From positions 3,739,502-3,803,501 of the forward strand of contig NC_069005.1 of assembly GCF_001194135.2 (NCBI RefSeq): a stretch of DNA of 64,000 bases, given 5' to 3'. Positions 1-12,558 of the stretch are shown one piece after another. The first letter of the stretch is position 1, and each line of letters starts with the position of its first letter. Both the position numbers and the translations under genes were made by a program. The notes under the pieces were generated by a model, which was not told the DNA's origin, did no database searches, and worked only from the letters and a program-made list of their open reading frames with translations. The stretch is from Octopus bimaculoides (taxonomy: Eukaryota).

Positions 1-237
1 CCTGTAAGTGCATCTTTTAGGCAGAAAATGTGAGGACCCGGTGTGTGTGTGGGTGGGTCTAAGAGAATGAGTGAGAGACAGCGAAAAGAAGGAATGTTGC
101 CTATAAGTAGCCGTTTTTAATGAAATTTATTTTCTTCCAATTCTAAGTGTTTCTCACAGACTTAAAACATAGAAGCAGATCTCGAAATTTTAATCCCCGT
201 CATGAATCTAATCGTAAATAGTCGTGCCCGGAAAATT

Positions 238-499
238 AGCCATAAGAAATTTCACCTAATAGGACATTTTGCCGTAAGACAACTTTCCAGTATGGACGAT
301 TGTAAAGCATATTATCACCATTCTTTTTTTTTTTTTAAATAAAGAAAAAGAATGATAAAAGACTTTATCATAGTATTAAATAAGTAAATCGTTATTCAAC
401 GTCAAACATTAGACAAAAATGATGAGGTCATTTAAAAGGAAATCTCCGACGGGGACTTTTCCTACGGCAAAAGTATTTACAGTGAAATTTACGATGGCT
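238..499. repeat. Degenerate inverted repeat (fold-back/MITE relic), arms ~238-278 and ~462-499
   Basis: Left arm agccat-aag-aaatttcac-...-ttttgccgta matches the reverse complement of the right arm in three blocks, with a ~180 bp spacer. No TSD seen. Confidence 0.45.
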
Positions 500-693
500 G
501 TAAATAATGTCATGGTTTCTACAAACAATAATTTGGCGAAGTTTTATGTTGGGTATTAAGTTTGATGAGAGAAGTTGCTCACGTTTCGTGATTTCGGAAC
601 GTAACGCATGTGTATTGAGAGCTGACAGTTATTCTTACCAGTGAATGTGTAGTTTCAGAAGAGAGGAAGTATGCGGAGCAGTTAAGATCGGTC

Positions 694-712
694 ACCAATT
701 AACACAATTATT

Positions 713-777
<65 letters not shown>

Positions 778-808
778 TTCCCTTTCTCTCTCGCTCTCTC
801 TCTCTCTC
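694..808. repeat. (TC)n microsatellite
   Basis: Direct reading. Confidence 0.95.
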
Positions 809-1439
809 ACAGATAGCCACAAACACACATATGTGGTAGATATATAACTAAGGCAAGCTTAATTAGTTCCCCACAGATTGGAAAAATGGCTAGCAAACTC
901 AATCGACTTCCAATACTTAATGCGTTCTCATCAGTGGCATCTATACAAAACTGTCGGCCGGACTAACGTTAAATTAAGAACACCGCCGATCTGGGAGTAG
1001 AAACCATGATCTTCTGCGATAGTAAATGCAACACCCTAGCTACAATGCCATGTTCTTTTGTCACGCACACACGTACATACACACACACAACGACACACAC
1101 ATATGTAGAGTGAGACAGCTATATTTAATATTATCTGGACAAAAACCTCATAGCGTGCTTTCCAAAGCCCCTGTATGGGCTACCAAATGCTATCGTATAG
1201 GGAAACCTGTTTTCCTCGATATGTATGTGTAAATACGTGAATGTCTGTTGAGTATATACAAAAGAATTTTAATATCAGAAATTGTAATGCGGCGACTTTC
1301 TTACAATTGTTTCGGCGTTTTAGCATTAGCTCGTTATGGCTAAATTTTACAAGTATTATACATATTATTGCATCAATATGATTCTGTGTAAGCTGGCCAT
1401 CTTCACGCGAGTAGGGTCAAGACCACCACTGCCAGAGTA

Positions 1440-1600
1440 ATTCAAATGAACTAACAGTGACCTCACCTGAGGACGTACAGGTGTTGGATCATATCAATGC
1501 AATAATATCGTAAAGCTTAGGACATAACCAGCTGATACTGATATGCCGAAACAATTGTAGACATCTGGAATAAAACCTGCTCATTCAACCATCTCGTACA
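1440..1600 (+). mobile_element. Possible Penelope-like terminal-repeat relic
   Basis: gccGAAACAATTGTAgacatctggAATAAA: a GAAAC-palindrome-GTA motif followed by a polyA signal, as in Penelope-like tails. The upstream CTGANGA is not correctly paired. Confidence 0.3.
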
Positions 1601-1974
1601 CTCCGCACGCACGCACGCACGCAAATAGTGAGGGATTATTGATCTGAACAAAATATTTCATGATCTCTCTGCTGGCTCACCAGGCTAACCATATTGCATA
1701 CATAGTTGAAAAACTCCAAGTATTATTATTTTGCTAAGGATTTGATTTATATTGTTCATCACATTTCTGTATAGTAAATTCGTGGATGGGTTTCAGATAA
1801 TCTCTTTTTTACCGAAATATATATATTTATATATTGCTAATCCCTGTATATTTATGATAAATGGTTTTACCGATAAAGGTTTTTTCATACTGAACTACTT
1901 GGCAAAATTGTTAATTGTTAATTCTATTATTAATTGACGATTCCCTGCCCTTATTCTTGTATATTTTATATATG

Positions 1975-2011
<37 letters not shown>

Positions 2012-3021
2012 GCATGAATATAAATCGAACTACCGGAAATAATGGCCAAATGTGGCCAAAATCATTCTCAACCTTCTTAAAATGCCAAGTGACACAGAGG
2101 ATAACGTATACCAGAAGGCATTCATTGACAGTAAGAAAAAAAGATAAAGAAAGAAATTGTGAATCGCAGCATGCAAACCTTTCGATCACAATTCGATTCA
2201 ATTAGTGATTACTTGGGGGACAACCATCTACATCGAATCTATTTATCTTTCATAAGGATCAATAAAATATGTATCGATCAATGACATAAATTGTATTCAC
2301 CACATGCATCTCCCTCTCCATGTCTGGTCGAGAACCATTGTTACTGTTGCTTTTATCGTGAAAAGACTTGAATAATTGCTGCATATAATTTTAAGCACTC
2401 TAACGTCAGATTTTACAATTCAGCTATACAGTGTCAATTAATTAGAAACACATAATTATGTAAATTTTCGAATAGAAGTTTAATTGCTTCTTTATTTTCG
2501 ATAGTTATATGTTTGTGTCCTGTATATAGAGAGCCCGTGAGAATATAATAACGATATTAATTCTGTTGAATGCCTTCGTCAATGGGTGCTCTACTTGTTA
2601 CACTGTAAAGTTTACTTCTATTCTAACATCAAAGAAGTGTTATACCGTTTTCAGACCAAATTTAACAATGACAAAAAAAAAAAAAAAATAGTGGACTTAT
2701 ATGCCAAGATGACATACGTGAACCGAAGTTACATGCAGCAGGATTTTGGAGCCACATGAGGCAAAACGAGTCCGGAAACAGCCGAAGTCGAGCTGTCTTA
2801 ATTGATGAGGCGAAGGAAAATGCCGAAACTACGCACCAATATCAAGAATTCTCGATCGGCACTTTTCGGACGATTATGGTCCCTAGTAGTGCACATGAAT
2901 AAAAGCATATATACTAACTAAAGCATAAGAGCGGTTTAGCTCTTATTTCTAGCAATGTAGGTGTTAGTCGAAGGATTAATGTATAGGATTAAATTGAGCC
3001 AAATGCGATTCCACTTCATGC

Positions 3022-3283
3022 AGGGTTTTATCCGGTCAAAGGAAAAGCTTGTTCGACAAATTAAGGACTAAGCACTCCACAGATACAAGTACGATTGATT
3101 AAGTTCTCAAGGAGATTCAGTGTGACACAAAATGTGACAGAGCTGCCTCTTTGAAATACAGGCGCAACTCATGTTGTACCAGCTGCATGGATTTGAGAAC
3201 GTGAAATAAAATGTCTTGCCCAAAGACACAACGCGCCGCCGAGAATCTAACTCTTGGATCGTTAGTCGAATGCCAGAGCCACA
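3022..3283 (-). mobile_element. tRNA-headed SINE, family E (degenerate)
   Basis: Reverse complement aligns with 45057-45335 (gcgttgtgt-cttgg-caagaca-tt-atttc, gtcaca-t-tgtgtcac, tctgtggagtgct). Confidence 0.7.
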
Positions 3284-3657
3284 AAGGACACCGACATGGA
3301 TTTAGAAATATAAATTAATTATAATTACGTCACAAAAGTATGGCGATACAAATACAATTGTAGCACACAGTTTGCAAATAGGTACCAGAATAAAAAATAT
3401 TCTGCTTCGAAATATTTGATAAAACGTAAAATGTTTGCGAAATTGCTATAGAATAAGCCGTGGGCATAAATGTCAACATGGCAACATTTACAGCAGAGAA
3501 GAACTGAAGCAAAACATACCTCCGAGAAAAATATCAAATGTTAATGTATTAATTTTTGGGGAAAATGATTTTTATTTAAATATTAAAAAGGAATATATAT
3601 ATAGATATATATATATATATATATANNNNNNNNNNNNNNNNNNNNNNNNNNNNNNNN

Positions 3658-3743
<86 letters not shown>

Positions 3744-4239
3744 ACAAGAAAAGACCGCCGTAGAGGATTTTTTCTTTATAAATTTTCTCAAATGGGTCGA
3801 GATAGAGAGGTTTGGGAATAGCTAACGTACGAATATATCTATATATCTAAAGATCTGTCCTCTGGCAAATCTCCCGATTCTACTAGCCAAAATAATGAAT
3901 TTTAACTTTGCAACAAACACTTTGACAATTTTCGCAGGCGAATTTGTGATTGCGGATACTTGATAGCGCCATAAGTGTTTCATTCCCGGAAAGAGGAACG
4001 GTGACGTTTGACCTAACCCTCTAGGATTTAAATATCAGAACATTAAAGTAACAATGAAACAGAGCCAGTAGCAATTTAGAGAGAGTGCCGAACAAGGTTT
4101 CCGTAATATTACGCACAACATTATCAATCAAGACAACCGGCATAACACTTGCCACATCAAATGTTCTGTTACTAAATGATATCAACACAGCGGCCCCAAA
4201 AATGATCAAACAAGGCTAGAACCGATCCAGTGTTCAATG

Positions 4240-4560
4240 TTGTCATGACCGCCTTCATCGTCGTCCTTATCGTCAGCGCCGGTGCCGCCACCGACTCCAC
4301 TGTATCACGGTTGTAGTCGCCACCACCTTCACTGTAGCACCGTCGTCACCACCATATCGTCGTAGTCGCCAACTTTGGCTCCATTGTCGCACTCTATAGT
4401 CGTCGCTAACTTTGGCTCCATTGTCGCACTATAGTCGTCGCTATCATGAATTTAGTGATCGTCGTCTCTGCCGTTGTCACCGCCACCGCCAGTGTCACCA
4501 CCACCATCGTCAATACCATCGCCACCTACACACACACAACTGAAACAACCACCGCCTCCG
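4240..4560. repeat. Cryptic (GTC/ACC)n low-complexity tract with a ~36-bp tandem duplication at ~4371-4442
   Basis: aactttggctccattgtcgcact(ct)atagtcgtcgct occurs twice in tandem. Confidence 0.8.
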
Positions 4561-4829
4561 CAAACAACTCTTATCCGACATAACTTAATGGGTCAGCTAG
4601 ACATAACAGTCAAATGCTTCTTCTATTACATCATACTGACTTAAAAAATGAAGGAGACGTTGAGATAATGCTATAGTTCTCTATACATTAAGGACTAGCC
4701 AGAATTAAAAAAAAAAGACGTGATGGTTACGAGTGGAACGTCGTAGATCTTTGTTCGTTTCGATCTGGACTGTACTGGAAACTAACCTTCAACAGTCAAC
4801 GCCGACAAAAAATAAAAAATCACAACCTC

Positions 4830-5470
4830 CACCACAACCACCACTACTACTACTACTACACCACGACCAACACGTGGACGACTACCACCTACTACTACTA
4901 CTACTACTACACCACGACCAACACGACGACCACCACCTACTACTACTACTACCACTAGTATGAATTCTACCACCGCAACTACTACCACTACTACCGGCAC
5001 CAGCAGCACCACCACCAACACCATCACTACTAATACTACTACCACCACCACTACTACTACCGCAACTACTACAACTTCTAATACCGGTACCACCACCACC
5101 ACCACCACTGCTACTACTACTACGACCGCAACTACTACCACCACCAGCACCACAATGACGACGACAGCAAACCACCACGGTAGATGTGGATAATAATACT
5201 ACAAATACCGAAGTTACAGCTGGCATCCGTCACTGGGGGTGTTGACTCTACCATCGCTTCAAAAATAATTAACGCCACCGACACAAAAGCTTGCGGTGCT
5301 GCGGATGGCAGTTGCAGTGTCAGCAGCAGAAGCAGCAGCGGTAGTAGCAGTAGTAGTAGTTCGACTTCCACCTGAAAATCAGCATCCCACGTTCGTTCTC
5401 GCCGCACACCTAGTACGTTGCATTGCAATACATTTCTCCCACAGACGGTAGTTACGCTACCACCACCACC

Positions 5471-5503
<33 letters not shown>

Positions 5504-5790
5504 GCTGCNNNNNNNNNNACCTAGTACGTTGCATTGCAATACATTTCTACCACAGACGGTAGTTACGCTACCACCACCACCACCACCACCACTACTACTA
5601 CTACTACTACTGCTGCTGCTGCTGACGCTGTTACGTTAGATTGTACTATTTCTACTACAACCAAGAACAACTGCAGCAATAACAGTATTATTTAGTAGTA
5701 GTGCTAGCATCATCTCATCGTCACCATCATCATCACCATCATCATCATCATCAGTAGTAGATAGTTGTAGTAATTGTAGTAGTAGTAGTA
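4830..5790. repeat. Compound (CTA/CCA/CAG/CAT/TAG)n trinucleotide low-complexity region
   Basis: Direct reading. Explains the poly-T, poly-V, poly-L and G/S ORFs. Confidence 0.9.
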
Positions 5791-5928
5791 GTTGGTGCTG
5801 TGTCGCTCACAACAAGCGTATTGTTACCATTATCGAAAAGTCAATGATTTTATCACCGAAAGTAGTAGCAGACTTTACCACGTTCTTTCCTACGTTTTAC
5901 AACTTCGCTCATACTCTCCCAACCACAC

Positions 5929-5970
<42 letters not shown>

Positions 5971-6214
5971 AATATGTATTACTATATCCCCTTTTTTTTT
6001 ATCTCTTTTCGCCTCCATGTATTTCCTTTACAATACTCGTGTGTATTTTCTTTACATGTTATAGTCGCTCCCTTCGTTTCTCACGCGATAATACAGGCCC
6101 ATATTCACACACACACACATACTCACACAGACAAACACGCATTTTCACAAGCATATATAAGAATTATTATATAAGTTGACCAATAACTACGTGTAAGTAT
6201 ATATATATATATAT

Positions 6215-6253
<39 letters not shown>

Positions 6254-6315
6254 CATACATACACGCACACACATACTCATATGCACGCACGCGTATAAGT
6301 GTCTGTACGGGTGCC

Positions 6316-6353
<38 letters not shown>

Positions 6354-6354
6354 T

Positions 6355-6530
6355 GTGTAGGCGAGTTGTCGGAGTAGATACAAAGTCGGATAAATTACTG
6401 GGCGATAGCTATCCCGATATCATAGTTCTGAGTTCAAATCACACGGAAGTCAACTTTGCCGTTTGTTATTTTGGATTTATTCCATAAATAAATACCAGTG
6501 TAGTACATGGGTCGGTACTTCTCCTTCTCA
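6355..6530 (+). mobile_element. SINE family A, highly degenerate
   Basis: Retains ttctgagttcaaat...gtcaactttgcc...taaataccag...gggtcg. Confidence 0.5.
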
Positions 6531-6584
6531 CATCCCTTCACTCACCCTGTCTCTGTTCCCGTTTGTGTGTGTGTGTGTAAGAGT

Positions 6585-6896
6585 GTTACCATGTGGTGGA
6601 AACGTTTGCTTCCCAACCGTGTGGTCTTTGATTCAGTCCCACTGCCGCGACCTTCAGCGAGTGTTTCTACTCTAGCCCGGGCCGATCAAAACACTGTCAT
6701 TGTATATAGATGTCGGAAGCTGAAAGGAAACCTTTCGTTCATATGCATGTATCTATAGGGAGAGAGAAATAGACAGACAGACAGACATACACGTACACGG
6801 CAGTGTCTTTCTTTTGTGTTTATCCCCTATCAATAGTTCCCAGTCCCCATAACCTAGCGCTTCGGCAATAGGATTTGATAGAATATGTACCTAACT
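6585..6896 (+). mobile_element. SINE family B, fragmented copy running into a gap
   Basis: tgcttcccaacc...ttcagtcccactgc head, and ccccataacctagcgcttcggcaa...gatagaat body. Confidence 0.6.
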
Positions 6897-7894
6897 NNNN
6901 NNNNNNNNNNNNNNNNNNNNNNNNNNNNNNNNNNNNNNNNNNNNNNNNNNNNNNNNNNNNNNNNNNNNNNNNNNNNNNNNNNNNNNNNNNNNNNNNNNNN
7001 NNNNNNNNNNNNNNNNNNNNNNNNNNNNNNNNNNNNNNNNNNNNNNNNNNNNNNNNNNNNNNNNNNNNNNNNNNNNNNNNNNNNNNNNNNNNNNNNNNNN
7101 NNNNNNNNNNNNNNNNNNNNNNNNNNNNNNNNNNNNNNNNNNNNNNNNNNNNNNNNNNNNNNNNNNNNNNNNNNNNNNNNNNNNNNNNNNNNNNNNNNNN
7201 NNNNNNNNNNNNNNNNNNNNNNNNNNNNNNNNNNNNNNNNNNNNNNNNNNNNNNNNNNNNNNNNNNNNNNNNNNNNNNNNNNNNNNNNNNNNNNNNNNNN
7301 NNNNNNNNNNNNNNNNNNNNNNNNNNNNNNNNNNNNNNNNNNNNNNNNNNNNNNNNNNNNNNNNNNNNNNNNNNNNNNNNNNNNNNNNNNNNNNNNNNNN
7401 NNNNNNNNNNNNNNNNNNNNNNNNNNNNNNNNNNNNNNNNNNNNNNNNNNNNNNNNNNNNNNNNNNNNNNNNNNNNNNNNNNNNNNNNNNNNNNNNNNNN
7501 NNNNNNNNNNNNNNNNNNNNNNNNNNNNNNNNNNNNNNNNNNNNNNNNNNNNNNNNNNNNNNNNNNNNNNNNNNNNNNNNNNNNNNNNNNNNNNNNNNNN
7601 NNNNNNNNNNNNNNNNNNNNNNNNNNNNNNNNNNNNNNNNNNNNNNNNNNNNNNNNNNNNNNNNNNNNNNNNNNNNNNNNNNNNNNNNNNNNNNNNNNNN
7701 NNNNNNNNNNNNNNNNNNNNNNNNNNNNNNNNNNNNNNNNNNNNNNNNNNNNNNNNNNNNNNNNNNNNNNNNNNNNNNNNNNNNNNNNNNNNNNNNNNNN
7801 NNNNNNNNNNNNNNNNNNNNNNNNNNNNNNNNNNNNNNNNNNNNNNNNNNNNNNNNNNNNNNNNNNNNNNNNNNNNNNNNNNNNNNNNNNNNNN
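6897..7894. other. Assembly gap, the largest of 12. Others: 3626-3657, 5509-5518, 14061-14208, 15311-15750, 32026-32207, 37670-38061, 46381-46460, 50234-50276, 52748-53284, 55449-56248, 60397-60834
   Basis: Runs of N. Most abut (TA)n, (CA)n or (GA)n tracts. Confidence 1.
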
Positions 7895-7926
<32 letters not shown>

Positions 7927-7931
<5 letters not shown>

Positions 7932-8075
7932 ACTTTCAGTTTCCGTCTGCCAAATCCACTCACAAATCTACGGTCGACCTGAGGCTACAGCAGAAGACGC
8001 TTGACCACAACGCCGCGCAATGGGACTCAACCCAGAATCATGTGGTTGGGAAGCGCATTGTCACGCCTGCGCCGT
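7927..8075 (-). mobile_element. SINE family B, 5' part
   Basis: Reverse complement gives gcttcccaaccacatgattctgggttgagtcccattgcg...gtgagtggatttggcagacggaaactgaaag. Confidence 0.8.
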
Positions 8076-8094
8076 AGTTATTAAAATGTATCAT

Positions 8095-8195
8095 ACGATA
8101 AGGCATAAATGACATCGGCGGAAGTTGAACTCTGAACCTAAGGAGTCGAAACAAATATCGCGAAGCATTCTGCCAGCATGTTAACGATTATGTTG
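8095..8195 (-). mobile_element. SINE family A fragment (head)
   Basis: Reverse complement gives aatcgttaacatgctggcagaatgctt...ttcagagttcaacttccgccgatgtc. Confidence 0.6.
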
Positions 8196-8212
8196 CTTCA
8201 ATGCCTCTACAG

Positions 8213-8425
8213 AAGGCGGCGAGCTAGCAGAATCGTTAGCACGCCGGGCGAAATGCTTACTGATATTTCGTTTGTCTTCATGTTCTGAGTTCAAATTCTG
8301 CCGAGGTCGACTTTGCCTTTTATCCTTTCGGGGGTCGAAACAATTAAGTACCAGTTACGTACTGGAATCGATCTAATCGACCGGTTTCCCTCTCTTAAAA
8401 TTTCGGGCATTGTGCGTTAGAAGAA
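8213..8425 (+). mobile_element. SINE family A, near full-length
   Basis: ggcggcgagctagcagaatcgttagcacgccgggcgaaatgctt (A-box region), ttctgagttcaaattc (B-box), gtcgactttgcctttt...taagtaccagt. Confidence 0.9.
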
Positions 8426-8469
8426 AAATAAATACTCAATGCCACAACACATAAGAAAATAAGTCTTCC

Positions 8470-8685
8470 TACAATAGAAAAAAGACCTGAAAATTTGTGG
8501 GACAGTGATAGTTTATTATATCGCCACCAGAGCTGTTATGGTACTCACTTTATAGACCCGCGAAAGAGTAAATGACAGTCAACCTTGGCGAGATTCGAAC
8601 TCATCCTAAATTGTCGGGGGAAAAAAGAAATCCGCGAAGCCTTTTTCCTACTTGCTAATGACTCTGAGAGCCGACTGCCTTCGCC
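8470..8685 (-). mobile_element. SINE family A
   Basis: Reverse complement homologous to 8213-8425. Confidence 0.7.
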
Positions 8686-8714
8686 ATATACGAAAATATC
8701 GGTTGCAAATATTG

Positions 8715-8915
8715 ATACTAAGTCAGAAATTTGTGAGGAGGACGTAAATGAATTACATCGACCTCAGTGCTCAACTGGGGAATATTTTCACGACCCCGAA
8801 AGGGAAGAAAGGCGAAGTCAACCTCGGCGGAATTTGAACTCAGGAAGTAAAGGCGGACGGAAGACCGCAACGCATTTTGCCTTGCGTGTTACTGATTTTG
8901 CCAAGCTCACTACCT
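8715..8915 (-). mobile_element. SINE family A
   Basis: cgaccccgaaaggga-gaaaggcgaagtcaacctcggcggaatttgaactcag is the reverse complement of the family A core. Confidence 0.8.
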
Positions 8916-9770
8916 TATGTAAGAAAATATTGATAATAAATCATTGCACCACATTTTCTACAGTCTACTTAAAATAATGCTTTTTTTTTTTTTTCCAAAA
9001 GATGCTGAAACGGGTCTTATAAAACATCATTTCGGTGAAAGGAATCGGGTAGTTACATGCATTGGAACACCGCTATTTTTGATAATGTTATTTATTGTTT
9101 TTCCTACTATAGATCCTAAGAAGAAAAAAAAAACATTTTGGTAAGAGGCGTAAAGCGGATTCTTATTTCTTGCTGCAACCGCTTCGTTTATGCAGCACCT
9201 TTACGTTTTGCGTTCAAAATCTACTGCAGCTAATTTATACACTTGCTTCGGGAATTGATAAAATAAAATATCACTGCGGCTGGTGTCATCAGCTACTTTC
9301 TCTTTGAACAATTTTGGCTTGAATACACTAAAATGTCATAAACGTTAGTCCGTCAGACTAAAAGACAGGAGGTTCAGCCATTTGCTGTGGGTGGGCTTCC
9401 AAAAGCTGACAAATTAAAGACCCATCTAACTACTGCATTTAATATTCTCGACTCTCACTCAACCCCAAAATCTTATGGCCTGATGTTTGCTAGCAACAAA
9501 TATAATCACGATTAACAGAAGCAACCGACTGACACAATCATTAGAGCGCTGGATGACTATACTTGATAAATTTGTTCTGCTGTATATATATATACATTTA
9601 TTTGCATTCTATGTTCAAATCTCTTCGAGGTCTGTGTGCTTTTTTTAAAGCATTTCCATATCGATAGAATAATGTACAAGTCAACTATTAGGGCTTATTT
9701 AATTGACTGTCATTCCAGCACGAAATTTCAAGTTTTAACCTAAAATTGAAACACAAATTAATATAATGTA

Positions 9771-10100
9771 GCTGCAGGAGTGGTTTTATGGTGAAAAGTT
9801 TTCTTCCTAACCAAATGGTTCCGAGTTCAGTCCCGCTGCGAGACATGCTGATCTATAACCTCTAGTTGACCAGGTCCTTGCATGTGGTTTTAGTAAGCGG
9901 ATTTAGAAAGAAACTCGTCGTAAATATACACGTTGTGTGTGTGTGTGTGTGTGTGTGTTTGAGTGTCTGTTTGTCTCCCACCACTGCTTGTTAACCGGTG
10001 TTGATGTATTTATGCCCCCGTAACCCAGCAGTTCGGCAAAAGGGTTAATAGATTAACTACCAGGTTAAGAAAAAATAGGAAGCACTGGAGTCGATAAGTG
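9771..10100 (+). mobile_element. SINE family B, degenerate full-length, with internal (TG)n
   Basis: Head cttcctaaccaaatggttccgagttcagtccc, body ccccgtaacccagcagttcggcaaaag. Confidence 0.75.
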
Positions 10101-10489
10101 AAATTAGGAAAAGATGAAATCATAATTGATAAGGCTGAATATTGAACGTTTTTACACTGAGTACGTTGCATATTTCGGTCTCCCTCATACAAAAAATGGG
10201 ACGCGTATTTGTGTGATCCTATATATAACCGTTTACCTTTCAAACGCAAAATTTATGCTTCTCACAGTTCATTTCACTTTTCTTCCCCTCTCTAACTATT
10301 TCACTTCTTTCATTGTTATTAATCTCTCATCTTTCTCCAACATGCACACACGCAAAGATACACCCACATATCTTATATATACACACACACAATCACACAC
10401 ACAGACACACATATATACACCAATATATATTGTTGGTTTTAGAAGTTTAGGTATAGTCTGTGATGTATCTTGGGATGTATAATAGGTTT

Positions 10490-11100
10490 CCTACCTTTCA
10501 CAAATAACATAGCTCTTGCCGATACCCTCACCAGGCTTTATTATATCAAGCCTATCTTGTAACTTGTCCTAATACAAAGAAACATCGAAGCAATCTGCAC
10601 CATCTCCATACCCATCTAACTCGGAATTCCATCGCTAGCCTCAGAAGTTTGAGAGGTTTCGATTATTCCAGACAAACTTGCTCCACCACTTCAACTGGAT
10701 CACACCTTGACAAACAACTGCGCAGCTAGATTCACCATTTCTGTATAATCCAATGTCATTTCATTTACTTCAGTGCAGTACTCCCTAGGAATGGACTGCT
10801 AGATTGTATCGCAGATGAGCATCATATCTCACCAAAACTGAGTTAATGTGAATACTCCATGGAACATCAGTTGGTTTCGACACTTTTTAGAAACAATAGC
10901 AGACATGGAGTCAGGATTTTGCAGATGCTGACACGTATGGCATTGTGGATCTCCTCATGACGTCAGTGGAAAAGCCCTTCCTGCAGATTATTTGCACAGG
11001 TCATGAGGCTATGTTCTATTGATCTTCGCATCAGGCACAGAAGTGGGACAAATGAATGCTGTACATAAGGGAGATATTACATTTGCGTAACAGAATGCAA
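10490..11100 (-). mobile_element. Probable highly decayed RTE-type LINE reverse-transcriptase fragment
   Basis: Non-microsatellite, GC-elevated block with stops in all frames. Minus-strand VVEQVCLE*SKPLKL recalls the post-YADD segment of RTE RTs. From memory, not searched. Confidence 0.3.
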
Positions 11101-11532
11101 TAACGTGTGACCTCTAGGATGCATTGCGGTGAGGTATCCAAATGCACTCGAGAAAACCGACTCTGAGTTCGAAATACCTTCAATAAGGAAACGAACAAAC
11201 GTTATAACTATTTAAATTGGAGGTTATCTTCATTTTACACTGTGTCTGCTTGTATGTGTGTGTGTGTGTGGTTGAGAGAGAGTATACGTGCATAGTATGT
11301 ATAGAAATATAGATATATATATCCGAACACTAACACACACAGACACAAATACATCTGTGTATGTGAAAAAGCAAAGGTCTTTTAGAGATGTTTATTAACT
11401 TGACCAGTTTCACTTCTTTTAGAAACAGATCATCAAAAGTAGAATGTAAAGCTTTACATTTTACCTTTAATCATTTTCAAACCTTCTTTGATCTATATTT
11501 TCACACGTGCAGTACCTTACAACTTTACTTTG

Positions 11533-11657
<125 letters not shown>

Positions 11658-12497
11658 TATACATGCACATATGTATGCATATATATACCAGTATATACAT
11701 CTGTATATATATATATATAATGTGCTTAGAATACTAGTACTTTCGTCGAAGCTCATGTCGTTTAAATAACACTTGTAACTTAACTGCTAATAAATGCTAC
11801 ATCCACACATATCTATACGTGCGAACGTATGTATGTAAATGTTTTACTATATAAGTATGTATATACATTTCTTCTTTTTTGCCTCAGTCAATCGATTTAT
11901 TCAATAATCTCACCTGGTTGATGCTTTATATTCCGGCTACTTTTCGTTTGTTGCCTTCGCTCCTTTTTTCCAATTTATTCACTAAAACTTTCCTCTGTTA
12001 CGTTCCCTTCATTTTATATATTGCCTCTTAATATTTCGCTCATTCATTCATCACTTATACACATGCACACACATATATGCATACATATATTGCAAATTAT
12101 ATATATATTTATATATATATATATACATAAACATGTAATAAAATACAGTTGTGTGAATATATACACACATATATACATACATACATACATACCATGATAT
12201 GCAAATGTACATCATTCTTTCTAAATATATCTCTTCTTATGTGTTCTTGTATGTCTTGATATATGCATAAATACATGCAAATACATAAAGCGACATATAC
12301 AATCTACGTCCTAAATACATGCACACTTTTATATAAAAGTTGTACTACATGCATACAGACGCGCAAACACATGCAACACACATATACACACACATTTATG
12401 TACATGTTTCCCGTGTGTTATTCCTTAGGTCCCACAATATAATCTATCCACATATATGCACACCCATATATATATGTATGTATATGAACATACATGC

Positions 12498-12558
<61 letters not shown>

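Noticed and set aside
4882-5226. Gly/Ser/Cys-rich ORF with a hydrophobic N-terminus resembling a secreted structural protein, and the antisense Thr-rich mucin-like ORF
   Set aside because: Fully explained by CTA/CCA trinucleotide slippage. Several frames on both strands are open, and no splice or expression evidence is visible.
6820-8077. Long ORFs of 365-400 aa, and similar ones at 15.1-16.0, 37.6-38.2, 52.4-53.6, 55.4-56.4 and 60.2-61.0 kb
   Set aside because: They consist almost entirely of X from N-gaps plus microsatellite translations.
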